This document shows positions 51,121 to 64,000 of a stretch of DNA of 64,000 bases, piece by piece. The DNA is taken from positions 62,001-126,000 of the forward strand of contig JYFJ02000077.1 of NCBI GenBank assembly GCA_000934665.2, read 5' to 3'. Both the position numbers and the translations under genes were made by a program. Each line of letters begins with the position of its first letter. Position 1 is the stretch's first letter. The notes under the pieces were generated by a model, which made no database searches, had not been told where the DNA came from, and saw nothing but the letters and a program-made list of their open reading frames with translations. The stretch comes from Catajapyx aquilonaris (taxonomy: Eukaryota).

Positions 51121-54100
51121 GCCGTGGGTGATGGAGCCTAATCCAGGTGACGAGGAGGCACCCAAAGACCCGGGTGCCCATCAGACTCACCAGAGCTACA
51201 CAGAGCAAGACTATGAAGGTAAGAAAAATAAAAGCTATTGTATGACGCACCTTGTTAATATAAGTAGTCATTAGTAGATGACGTTACAAAAGTTATTTGT
51301 TAAAATGTACTGTACGTCGGTTCAAAGAGAATCACATATTATAGCAGCTGCATATTAGCTGAGTATGTGGTGAAAAAATAGTACGTCACAATGCGACAAA
51401 TGACATACTAACCTTGCAAACACTGGCGTTGATGGCCATGAATATGTGCATATTAAATGAGTTGATTCTAAATTACGTTGGCAGATTATGATTATAAATT
51501 AAGATGAATTCGGTCACGCTTTCGCATAATATGTGTCCAGGCGCAGTAAGCTAGTGTGATCAAGTATGGATTATGTGCCGACTTTTATATGCCGCACTCT
51601 AAGCTTTGTTTAAAAGTACGTCAAGGCTGATCAGTAATTCTGATTGAGGAAGACTTGATTAGCTGCTGGAATCTTTATAGGCTAAATATGTAGGTGCGAA
51701 AAAAACCTGACGCAAGTGTTTAGCAAGGTCGGTTAGTGATGTATTAAAAAGATACAGGCCTGGGTTACCCCCATTGCCAAGTGGCCGTGAAGGCTGAATA
51801 GAACGCAAAATATGCAGATGTCGAACCTAATTAAAATATTTAAGATGGTTAAAATATGATTACAGGGCATCGTGCGCACACAATGTATGTGGGAGTTCAT
51901 CTCCCTGGACATCGACGTCGCTCTCATCGTCGTCATCACCACCATCGTCATCACCATCGCAAAGAAGACGATGAAAACGATAGGCCAGGTATGACCTATC
52001 ACATTTTCTCTCTTATTTCGTGTCCTGTTCTTTGACAATGTAAAGTGAGAGTTACTGTCATATATGTTCACAAATATTTCTGTATTTTTCCTGTGCCTTC
52101 ATTTTACTTCCTACTCGCGAGCAATAGAACCGTCGAACCCGCATATTTAAAATCGTGCAAATGTTTCAACTCTCTAGATTAGTTACGTTAAAGGCTCCCC
52201 CGAAATACCATGACCACGCTGAATTATTGTGTATTTGGTGTCCCGAATTCATTGAGCAAACACCAGTCGTATAATTATAGAAACCGTGGGGGTACGGGTG
52301 GAGCAAGGGGATAGCATCTGAAAGGACACTAAATACCTGGAGACACGTGTTGTTTGTAGTAGCAAACACCGCCAGTTATGACCACAGTTGCGAAATGCGT
52401 GGGATTTATTTTCCCGTGGTTGACGTCGGTATACGCATCTATTCCCGCCGGATGCCTTTTGGCAACTATCTGTGGTAAACATTCGAGAGCGAGATGCGGG
52501 CCGTAATATTGCATTTCAAATCCCGCCCCATTGTCAGCGATACTATACACTATCACAATACTATCAATCAAACGTGGGCGCTAAAACTGAAAATTTGCCA
52601 TTGACCTTACAGCACGATCAGGTTGTTTTGACTGAAGTGTTACCTAAACTAAAGTGGGCGATATCATCAAGATTCTGATCAATCAACCTTCAGCATCAAA
52701 CTTTACATAATAGCCCTTGGAAATTTGGTTGTTTCCACAGCCAACGAAGCCTTTACCTAACCCTCTCGGCGAAAATGGCTCCCTAGAACCGCATTACTCA
52801 GGCGTTAGGATCAAATTGATCGAAACTGAGGCGCCCTCTAGACGGAGGAAAAGAAAATTAAAGATTTGTTTCTAGAACCTCACCTGACCTACCATTTAAA
52901 GAGAGAAAAAAATATCGGATTAGTTCGCGTGCGAGATAACTCCCATAACGCCCCCAATAGATAACCCGGAGACCTGTGTTCTTTTTTTTCTTCTTTCTTA
53001 TACGCATTCTACCGGTTGTCGCAACGACCTTGGCCCAAATGCCACCCACACTGCCAAAATTTGGCAATGTTGGCCCCTTCCCACCGGCGAATCGATTCGC
53101 CGGTTTAGTTCGTCAGGAAGGGTTTTTATGGCGCCTATGCGCAGCAACCATGTTACGTCAAAATTTCTGTGTTGCGCAATTAGTTTGAAACTTACTCCAA
53201 ACAATAATTGTCAATGTAATGCCAACGGGGAATTTTCATCGGAAGCATTATATTCACTTTCCAGGCCAAATCTCGCCCTTGCACCGAGTCCCATGTGTAG
53301 ATGGAGAAGGGAATGAGAAGCAGTGTAAGCATTAGGCCTTGTCTGCCAGGATCTGTCCTCTTCTCTATGCCTCCGTCTTGCACAGCCGAAAAAAAAGAAC
53401 ATACATCTCTTTCACTGCATGACGACAACGTCTGAGCATGTGCTTGCATTTTCCTCCTGTGAAATTTCTTGCACGGTTATTTACCATTTTTTTGGACCAA
53501 GAGTTATAGGTCACATCATTTGCGTTGGAGGTGTAGCATAATATTGTCACGGACATATTATAAAGTCATGGCCGGAAGTATATGTGGTGTAGCGTACATC
53601 GCTTTTTGTTTTCGTGTTGATTGCATAATGAAGGGAATATTGAGCTGTTAGATAGACTTCGTGTTTCTAGACTTTTCGCTTCAGCTATATCACTGTTGTG
53701 CCGGTCAGATCTAGAAAAAATATAGTCCCTGACTCCATACGTGTATTATCGTTCATGTAGGTGACCATGTAGAGGATCTTATTGTTATTGTCAATATTGT
53801 TGTTAGGAGCAGGGCTTGACATGGCTGATACTAACCGGAACATCCGTTCACTTTCGTATAACTTTAAAGCTACCGTACTGTGAGTGTTCAGGTACGTTCC
53901 GGTCCATATCAAGCACTGAATAGATGTTTCTAAACATATATAGCATTCACACGCTGTTTCCACCTTTTTGCTTATGGGCTGTTACTTTTTTTCCATATTC
54001 CTGTTTTATGATAGTCACCAAATCAATGTCACATCACCACTACAGAAAACTTGAGTGTTCTAACATTATATTTTATTGCCACAGGTTCAGCATAATTATT

Positions 54101-57100
54101 ATTTCTCCTTTTGTTGCAGTATATAGTGTAGTGCAGTCTTTATAGCGGAAAAACACGTTTTTTGGCTATACGTATGGTGTATATTTTCAGGCGACGCTTT
54201 TAATTTGCAACTCGATGCCTTTTTATGAATATGGCAATACACACACACGCCAATGCCATTCAACGTTGATCAGCTTCTGTCACTAATTTATATTTTGACT
54301 TCTTTATTTATGTTTCATGTTGCAGTTACTCCTCCTGCTCAACGAGTGCAGTTCATATTGGGGGAAGATGCCGCTGATATCAATGGCTTGCATGAATCTC
54401 ACCCACTCTTTTCCGAAATGGAAGAATTGGTACTGGACGGAGGAGAAATGGAGTGGAAGGAAACTGCCCGGTTAGTTACCGTAATAGCAATGTACCAATG
54501 TAAGTCATCGGCCGAATGGGAAGCTATAATGTCCTTTCAAAGCGCCATTATTTTGGTTTCCCGTTTTTGACCCCTGTTCGTTTCGTCCAAACCACACTTT
54601 TTTCCGTTTGCGCTTCATTCTCGGAAAAAAAAAACTAATGCAGAAGCGATGTGATGTCACATTCACATTACCAGGGGGTGAATGGACTTTTCGAGTCGCC
54701 GCCATATTTGTCTGGTTGCCTGATCCAACAAAAATGGCCTCAAAAGATTGGCTATAGCTGATGTAATGGCTTGATCGATTTGACGTCACACCATTTCCAT
54801 AATTTCTCCTTCCAAGGAGAGAGAGAAAGAGAGATCATTATGAACAGTATTGTTTCGTTCATATGTTTTTCTGCTTTCACCCGCTTTGTTATCCATCCAC
54901 ACTCCCTTTCTTCTGCTAAGTAGATCATAGTTCACATATGCATGTTTGGACTTTTCACGTAAGCAACAAAGTCAAAGTTGTACACCACCGATGGACTGCA
55001 GTGTTTCGATCGTCATTTTCCAGGTGGATTAAATTCGAAGAAGACGTGGAAGAAGGTGGTAACAGGTGGTCAAAACCACATGTGGCCACCCTGTCTCTTC
55101 ACTCCCTGTTTGAACTACGAAGTATGTTGCTCAACAATACCGTCATGCTGGACATGGACGCATCATCTTTAGATCAGATAGCAGATCTGGTTTTAGACAA
55201 TATGATAAATTCAGGGCAGTTGGCAGCGGAGTCCAGGGATAAGGTCTTGACTTCAATTTATATGCAAAAGCCAGGAGATGAAGCACAATGCTAATGGCAA
55301 GTGCTTGTTTCAGATTCGAGAAGCTCTGCTACGTCGCCATAGGCATCTTCACGAACGCCGCAAAGAAAACAGCTCAAGTAACATGTCTCGGTTACCAATC
55401 ATCCGTTCGTTAGCGGAAATTGGAAGAAGCCACTCTTCTTCAAAAAGTAAGTGGAGGGTCTTTTCTATGGCTATGAGTAACACTTTCGATTCTTGGCTTG
55501 TAGGATATACAGTAGTACAGTATACCCGGTACTTTTGGTTTTGCATGGGCGCCTAGAATCTCCCACGATATTGTGCGGTGTTCTGAAAGAAGGACGTATG
55601 TATCTTCATCGTCTGCAAGTTACAACGCTAAACTCTGTTGACGACAATAGCAATAGATCACTACTGGCATAAAGGCAAGGAACAATATATCACTGTAGCA
55701 GGACAGAGTGACTTGTGGACGGTGGTTGATATGTGCTTATTTTAGGACACACTTAATATTCAACAGCACGGACACGATTATACACGCTTATGTAGGAAAT
55801 ACGTATTTTCTATCAGCGCAGAGTAGGCAAAAGTGAACATATTTGTGATGTCTGGGATGACTTGCTGCATTGGTTCATGTGTAGATAGTTTCAGGTGTGT
55901 ACTTATCTCTTAATCCCCATAGTCCACACAATCTCATGATGACCCCCGCTCTCGGTAGAGAGCAGGCCATACGCATTGATTTGAATTTTCCAACATAGTC
56001 TACTTACATTAGCTCATAGCAACATCAGGTTTGCTGTAGTTTTAATCACGTCACTCCATCAAGATGGGTTCGTCATATGTCACATTCACACATGCCCAAT
56101 TATTATAGGTACAGTAGTATTCAGCGTGACCACAGCTTCACCCAAAATCGTAGAGTTTTATTTTGTTTATTTATTGTAGTGTGAGGCCTTTGTAGGAGTG
56201 TCCCAAAAGTTTGTAGCAATTGTATACAGCCTCAAGATAAATCATTGTTTTTCATAGTTGGGCCAATAGGTCATGTTTTCAGTACACTGCATCAGCACAT
56301 CAATGTAGCTGTCAGGTGGAGCAGATCAACAAGTCTGCTTTGGAAAAAGTGTCCCTGCTGCTCAAAGGTACACACCTCAGGTATTAGTAACTGGGATTTT
56401 CAAATCCATTGGTTGAACTTTGTACTGTGCCTTGATCCAGCGGACTGAAAGCAATGTTTGCTCCCCCTCCCCTGCCCTCCCCCACCCCATCTAATCTAAG
56501 CAAATGTGAAGGAGGTTATCAAGACAGCAAAATATGAATTAAGGCATTGTCTCAGATAATGTTCTTGAATGACCCCAGCCTGTAGGTAGATGCTGCACGT
56601 CTTCCTCCTAACATTATCGACTAATACCATCTTCTGCCCCCACCCTGCGAAGCAAGTACTGACAATTGCATCAGTGGTATTCCGTGACAAAGGAAACTAG
56701 TCCATGTTTTAAAAAAACAACTGTATATAAGGTTGTGTTTACTTGCTTTTATCACGCAACAGGCAGTGGCTCTCTTGCCAAGGGAATATGCGCGTTACAA
56801 ACGTAAGAGCCTCCAGCCTCTATACAAAATGTGACATCTCTCACAAATGGAAAGATCCTGTAAGTCTTTCCAGTTGAATGCAGTCACGTGATACGGATGC
56901 CTTCGCGTTCATTTCTGATGGAAGGCAATCACGTGAGGCATGGAAGGCACATTTGGTGGAGAGGCTGTTCAACAATTTATTTCACTGAGGAAGTTTATAA
57001 TTTTCTGTTCAGGTTGTTGCTAGCATCATGACCTAAGGTGAATTTTAATAGTGAACTTGGATTTGAATATTAGGGAAAATAATGCACACTTTCTGGTGAA

Positions 57101-60100
57101 CTTCACTTTTACCTCTGAAATTATAACTAGCAACGACCTCAGAAATATTATTCATATATTCAGTCACCTTAACCTTGAACAGTTTGTTTCTCATGATTAA
57201 AAATCCAGTAATGCGTATCAACCCTGTTTTTAACGGAATTATTAACGTGTTCAATAAGGAAATGCAGAACAGTTTCGAAGGTCACGAGATTCCACTTATT
57301 TGCACGATACCGCTCCGGTGGGAACTCATTTGGGCCATTCGTGTGTATACTGTCGAGTCTTGTCCCTTCTCACGTGTGTGTTGACTATGTATATTTTAAG
57401 AGTTTCGTTGTTGCAAAATAAATGAATGAAGCAGACCAGCGCTAATGGATAAATGTTCCTCTTCAGTGGAAGACCCTCCAGGGGTTCCAGCTTCACCTGC
57501 TCCAGCACCTTCCTCTGCTGACACCTTAAATGAGCCTCCCAAGTTTGGCCGGTTACTTTCTGTGCCTGGTACTACACTTGGTACAGTAACAGCTAGCAAG
57601 GAAGCTCGTTATTTATTTATTTTTATTGCTGTGATTTAGATCAGCCTAATGGTTTCTTTTGAATCAAGACTAACGTTCCAGTCTGCTGTCCTTGGGAATG
57701 TTCACTTAAACGTTCAGTTTCCTGGGGAAAGTGTTTTCTTTTTGAGCTGTGCTGCTGCAACTGTATGCAACATATTTCATGACGTATTTGATGTGCAAAT
57801 TTCTTTTCTCCCCTCATAGTTTAAACTTGCTCCTCCGTTTTGAGACTGTCCTCTCTTGAAACAAGTTCGTTTTGCATGCTTAGTGATCGAGAATTTGCGT
57901 TGTTTCAGCAGCCGAAATATTACGCAATCACATATCATTCGATTAGTGGGCTAGCAACGCAAATTCTGGATCATCTGGCGTCGCATTGCGTGACCAAACT
58001 ACAAATTGAATGGACTTCCTATTGGAGAACATTATTCCAGAGGTATTTCCTGACTTGAACCGGAAATTAGTAAAGCTTAATGCGTTTTAAAGTTATGTTC
58101 ATACTGACCACCGATTCATACAGAGTGTAATCTTGAATTGTGGTTACACCACACCTATTGGTTATGATTATGAAAACAAATCGTGGAATCAGTGACATTG
58201 GCCTTTACGAATTTTCATGCTTCCCAGTATACTGACTATAACTTAATAAGTAATGGACAAGCTCAAACACTCATTATTATACTAACATCATTATTCGTTT
58301 TCCTGTTGTTTCTTAATTATGTTTCACTAATATTAGTTGCGGGTTCACGTTTTCTGCCCTCGAAGCAGACTGTGAGAATGTTCTCTGTTAATTTTCTGTT
58401 TTGGCATAATAACCTGCTGGATGGAACCCGTATGATTTTTTTGGACTTCTTATCACACAGCAGCTGCGTTTTGCTCCTAGCTATTAATATCTAGGCATCA
58501 CAAATAATGTTCCTGTTGATAATATTAATTTCTATTTATTTAGTATTACTTTGACTTGCATGACGCTCAAGTATGACTCTATTACCTTTATACCTGTGCT
58601 TTTTATACCTTTAAAAAATCAGTGCAATGCAGACCAATAATAGGCATGTCCACATAGGTGGAAAGTGTGCTTCTCATACATGTATGCTGTATATAAGGAG
58701 TCCCACACAACATAATTCATTGTGTACGGCAACGACTAATGTTCAATTAAATATTTTAGTCGAAACCTATTTAGTGCTGCATATCTTTCTAAAATATTAT
58801 ATAATTTATTGTCTGGGACACCTGTAAGCTTTGATAGTGCTTGAAAAGGATCCTAGTAATATTCAGCATAAAAATTAGCAATGCCCTTTGAAAAAGTGGG
58901 CAAAGTTGCACGTGGTATGACAATATCTAATTGTAACTTCCACAACGCCTGATTTTGCAGTACATCAATTTAATCACTTCATAATCAGGCCTATTTGAGG
59001 CATTTAGCTCCTGTAATACTGCAACATTTGCCCTGGGTTCTCATGCCAAGTGCCCTTCTAGGCACACCCAGTGTACCAGACGGTATGGAACACAGCCACA
59101 GCGGAGCTTCCATTGGTCATGTCGAGAGTGGCACCGGCCTTGCAGAGCAAAACGGGGACAGTGGCCACCAAAAAGTAAATATATTATACCGTCGTGTCTA
59201 TAGCTGACAAGTTGGAAGTTCTTACAAATATAATGCACCCTGGCAAGCGAGGAAATGTCACACCACATATTTGTGAATTTATCATATCATAATTTCCATT
59301 TACTGACAATGTTCCTCGCCACCTTGGCGCAATTCAGAGCCAGAAAATCCGACTTGAAAAGCTTCATGAATTTCACCTGGATGCGAAAATTCTCTTAAAG
59401 ATTGGACTGCCTGAATCCTTCCAGGGCAACACTCACTTCATGAGGAAAATACCGCCTGGTGCGGAAGCCTCAAACATTCTAGTTGGAGAAGTGGACTTTC
59501 TGGAAAAGCCTCTCTCCGCATTTATTCGCCTAGCCCACGCCACGACGCTTGGGGATCTCACTGAAGTTCCTGTACCTACTCGCTTCCTTTATATTTTACT
59601 TGGTCCATTGGTAAGCTTGTCAAACTAAAGTGGGTCCAACCGCAGAAAATCTTATCGTAAGTTTCTGGGGATGCCTGCAGGGAGGTATTTCGAGATACCA
59701 CGAGATTGGACGAGCCATGGCGACCCTGATGTCGGACGAAGTGTTCCATGACGTGGCGTACAAAGGGAAGCATCGTCAGCACCTTCTGGCTGGTGTCGAC
59801 GAGTTCCTCGACGCCGTCACTGTTCTTCCGCCGGGAGAATGGGATCCTAGCATACGAATCGAGCCACCAGCAGCTATTCCGTCTCAGGTACGTCGACACG
59901 TACTAACACGTTTCATTGCAGGGCAATTATTATGTGGGTAAGTTATCCCTCTTTCTGATGTCCGTTTGATTACAGATTCACTGTAAAACGTAGCATTATT
60001 TGGGACACCCGCGGTTTCGCATATCCTGTGAGTGCCACAACCTGCAGCACATTCCCCACATGTGGTGGTGGCACTCATAGGATATTCGAAAGACGCGAGT

Positions 60101-63100
60101 GTCAGCAATGGGCAGTAAGTTCTTTGGCCAACAGTAAAAGTCGCAGAAAATGGACCTGTTCAATGCCACAGGCAATTTCATTTTGTGGTAGGCCTATTAA
60201 ATCGAATCGGCTGACATGGAAATGTATTTATTGAGAAGTTACCAATATATACGTACAGTATATTCACACCTGATATCCATTACCCAGATGTCATTGTATC
60301 TGTGTTTAGAAGTTGTGTTTTAAAAATTATGACCGAAATATCTTGATGACGAGAACTGGAATTCTAATGCTGTATATTTCAAATTAATTCTTTTTATAAA
60401 CGAAGGTGAAGCTTGTCTCTAAAGGTAGGCCTATTCTTTCACATTACTTAGCATAAAATTATGAAAATATATATGAGTGAAACTGCACAAGAACGTTAGA
60501 AAACTAACTAAAACAAGTGCGCAGTTGGATTATTCGAAATTCCTACAAAAATCTGAGATTACAAGAGAGTAAAATACACTCAGCCTCCCATGGGAAATCC
60601 TCATGAGTCTAAAATAATTTGGATACAGCTTTGTATATTCCCACTGATTGATTGCCAAATCCTGTCCCATGAGGAGCTAATTAATTACGCCAACTTGCAG
60701 GATCCCCGGAAACACCCAGAGAAAGGCAAGGACGAAGGCCACGAGGAAGAAGACGAAGAGAAGCTGAGGGCGATGTCTGGACTGACCCGCACTGGCCGTT
60801 GGTTTGGAGGCCTCATAAATGACCTCAAGCGGAAAAAGCCATGGTAAGTGTCGCATTCTACCCACTGGACCCTCCAAAAGAGTATGGGAAGACGAAACTA
60901 TGGGACTTCCCATTCAAATTTTCAGGTATTTCTCGGACTTTAAGGACGCCTTGTCCACTCAGTGCATAGCCAGTTGGATTTTCCTCTATTTTGCGTGTCT
61001 GACCCCGATTATCACGTTCGGAGGTCTGTTGGGAGAGGCCACCAAACAGAACATGGCCGCCATCGAATCTTTGGTGTCTGGTTTTGTGTGCGGAATTGGA
61101 TATGGTTTCTTCTCTGGACAACCACTCACTTTGCTGGGCTCCACGGGACCCGTACTGGTTTTTGAAACCATAGTGTATGACTTTTGCCAGTAAGTACCAG
61201 ACAACTCATTTTCAGATTGGTGGGGACATCAACTGGCAAAAAAAACACAAATGATAAATTTCATTGCAGTGGGCAAGATTGGGATTACTTGTCCTTTCGA
61301 CTGTGGATAGGACTGTGGATGGCACTGATTCTACTAATATTAGTTGCTCTGGATGCGAGCGCTTTTGTGTGTTACATCACTCGTTTCACGGAAGAAAACT
61401 TTGCCACTTTAATTGCCTTCATTTTTATTTATAAGGTGAGCGCCTCTGCTGTTTTAATAGGAATTAGTTACTCACAAAATCTCCTTTTTAGGCTGTGGAA
61501 AAAGTGGCAATGATCGGATATAAGCACCCTTATAATGTGCAATCTGACGTTGAATTTTATTCAAGCTGCAGTTGCTCACCCACAGAAAACAGCACGGGTG
61601 TGGACTACACCTTTAACTGGACTACCGTTCACAGATTGGACTGTACACCTGTAAGTTCTGTTCAGCCAGACACTGACGATTTATTTTCAGTAAGAAAAGC
61701 TCGTTACTGACATTCTTTCTCCCCGTCATTGCAGAAATACAATGGTACTCTCGAAGGAGTTGGTTGTGACTATGAGTCTGATGTGTTTCTTATGTCAGTT
61801 CTTTTGTTCATGGGAACTTTCTCTGTTTCCATCATTTTAAAGGACTTTAAAAATTCGTCCTTCTTCCCAACAAAAGTGAGTGTGGTCAAAAATGATCGGG
61901 TACCTCTAGCCTTGTCACCTTTGTTATCTGAGCTGTTCTTCTTGCAGATGCGCGGCTTCATCAGCGATTTTGCAGTCATCATTGCTATCTTCTCCATGAG
62001 CATTTTGGACATGTGCATGGGCATCAGCACTCCAAAACTCCAGGTACACAGTCATGTTATATTAGAAGTGCTTATTCAGCAGGATAATCATACATTTATG
62101 ACATCATCTGGTAGGTTCCTGAAACTTTGACACCGACTGACCCTACCAAGCGCACCTGGCTCATTCCTCTTTTTGGACTGGAAGGGAATAACCCCTGGTG
62201 GACACCACTCATAGCTCCTATTCCAGCACTTTTGGCCACAATCCTTATTTTTATGGATCAACAGATAACTGCGGTCATCGTCAACAGAAAGGAGCACAAA
62301 CTAAAGGTAGTGTATTGATATTCCTTCCTATTGTGTGGGTTCTTACTAGCATTCTTGGATTTACAATGAAAACAGAAAGGCTGTGGGTACCACTTGGATC
62401 TCTTTATCTTGGCCATCCTGATCGTCATATGCAGCATTATGGGTTTGCCATGGTTTGTAGCAGCTACTGTACTGTCCATAAATCATGTAAATTCCCTCAA
62501 GATGGAATCAGAATGTGCAGCTCCAGGTGAAAAACCCCAATTCTTGGGTGTCAGGTAGGAAAATATTTTTGTTATTATTTTCATAACGCTGTTTTGAAAG
62601 AGCTGCGCCTAATCATAGAATTCCACCTCCAGGGAACAACGTGCCACACACATCTTAATATTCCTCATGATTGGATTGTCTGTCTTGTTGACACCTCTTC
62701 TGAAACACATTCCAATGCCAGTTCTCTTTGGAGTATTCCTGTACATGGGAATTGCTTCTCTAAAGGGACTCCAGTTTTTCGACAGACTCTTGATCATGCT
62801 CATGCCTGGCAAGTACCAGCCGGACTTCATGTTTCTGCGGCAGGTAAGGTCTGCCTGAATCGAAGGCCGTCATAAGATCTTATGATCGTAATTATTCTGC
62901 AGGTGCCTCTGAGACGAGTCCACTTCTACACTTTAATCCAGCTGACTTGTCTGATAATGCTTTGGGTCATCAAGTCATTCAAGCAAACATCCATCTTGTT
63001 CCCTCTTATGGTTTGTGGTTACTACCTTGTGAATTTCAATCTTATGAAAGAATTAAAGTAATCACATAAGTGTACATCTTTCAGCTGGTGGTCATGATTG

Positions 63101-63687
63101 GCCTGAGAAAGTTACTGGATTTTGTTTTCACCCAACGAGAACTAAAAATCTTGGACGACATTATGCCTGAAACGACAAAGCGCTCAAAGGCAGAGGCGGG
63201 AGTAAAGGATGATGGGGATGAGACACCCTTCCCTGGGGTATGACTGATTCTTGAATTGATGTGACAAGTGGGTGAGACATTATGCTAACATTATTGAATG
63301 AACATACAGAACCCGTCTGATAACAATGTGGAAGCAGGAGGAAATCTCAAGATTCCATTAGCAAATGGAACTGTCATGAACATCCCCATAAATATATCTG
63401 AAGAAGTAAACAAATCGGGAGTCTGGCACCAAGTCAATACTGGAAACAAAGAAAACAAAGAGAAAGAGAAAGATAAGGACAAGGAAAAGAAACACTCTAG
63501 GTAAGTCCACATACTTGAAAGTATGAGTGGTGTGTAAATGTGTAAACTGTCTTTCAGTAGCAAGTCTAGAAAACGTGGAAGCAAAAAAGATGCCGTGAGT
63601 GAGGACGAAAATAAAAGGCTATCAACAATGGCAGAGGAAGAAGAAGATGATGGAATTACTATTAAGGTAGCAGAAACGAAGGGGTAG
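51121..63687 (+). CDS. Ndae1: Na+-driven anion exchanger (NDAE1; SLC4A7/8/10-like), canonical copy
   Basis: Exons 51121-51218, 51866-51988, 54326-54470, 55024-55243, 55314-55446, (57467-57568/57580), 59062-59174, 59425-59610, 59681-59887, 60701-60843, 60926-61189, 61270-61435, 61492-61650, 61735-61875, 61948-62043, 62115-62306, 62376-62554, 62633-62843, 62903-63010, 63085-63237, 63310-63500, 63558-63687. Motifs [11 protein letters not shown], poly-His/Arg, [41 protein letters not shown]. Confidence 0.95.
57467..57580 (+). CDS. Probable cassette exon in the NDAE1 N-terminal cytosolic domain
   Basis: cctcttcag acceptor; open Pro/Ser-rich frame [34 protein letters not shown]; phase 1-1 with two possible donors (57568, 57580). 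Confidence 0.6.
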
Positions 63688-64000
63688 TGCACACACGAGA
63701 GTATTTATTTGAAAGGCACTCGGACAGACTGACCCACTGTATTCTGGTGATGCGATTCTTCCGTGGGTGGATTTCTTTATACATATAACTACTATTTCTG
63801 AATCATTCCTGTACTCGAAAAATGTCATTCTCCTTCAACTAAAAAGAAAACTAAAAAAAAACCAGAAGGTTAACAAGACTCATATACAGACTATGTAGAC
63901 GTGATGACCATATTTATTTTGTATAGGTAACGTGTAGGATTAGTCGTACACTTGAAGCTCAAAGTTTATTATTATGTTACAATACTTGCAAAGGGATAGA

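Noticed and set aside
51866..51988. Poly-His/Arg exon as a novel metal-binding module
   Set aside because: A His/Arg-rich N-terminal tract is a known feature of Na+-coupled SLC4 proteins.
56308..56805. Two AG...GT segments as extra NDAE1 cassette exons
   Set aside because: Neither is phase 1-1, so each would break the frame.
1..64000. CRISPR arrays, operons, rRNA genes, autonomous transposons
   Set aside because: Eukaryotic spliced genes; no repeat-spacer array, rRNA-like sequence, or transposase/RT ORF was recognised.

Overview
Intron-rich animal genomic DNA, probably arthropod; many introns are only 55-80 nt. In order, the window holds: (1) a tandem array of three FLVCR-family (SLC49/MFS) transporter genes on +, the first truncated by the window edge; (2) a compact, strongly diverged SLC4 (NDAE1/NDCBE-like) paralogue on +; (3) an RMDN1-like gene on +; (4) mitochondrial FAD-dependent glycerol-3-phosphate dehydrogenase (GPD2) on -; (5) about 20 kb of non-coding DNA with candidate alternative first exons; (6) the canonical NDAE1-like SLC4 gene on +. 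Small insertions include a tRNA-derived SINE, a probable solo LTR, MITEs and foldback elements. Three observations stand out. GPD2 has a duplicated EF-hand exon, one copy with a canonical Ca2+ loop and one lacking the position-12 Glu, which suggests a splice switch for calcium sensitivity. The SLC4 paralogue has two new glutamates at the anion-binding site. The FLVCR copies share a remodelled, acidic substrate pocket. Exon boundaries were read by eye from splice signals and reading frame, and reference-protein residues were recalled from memory; no searches were run.
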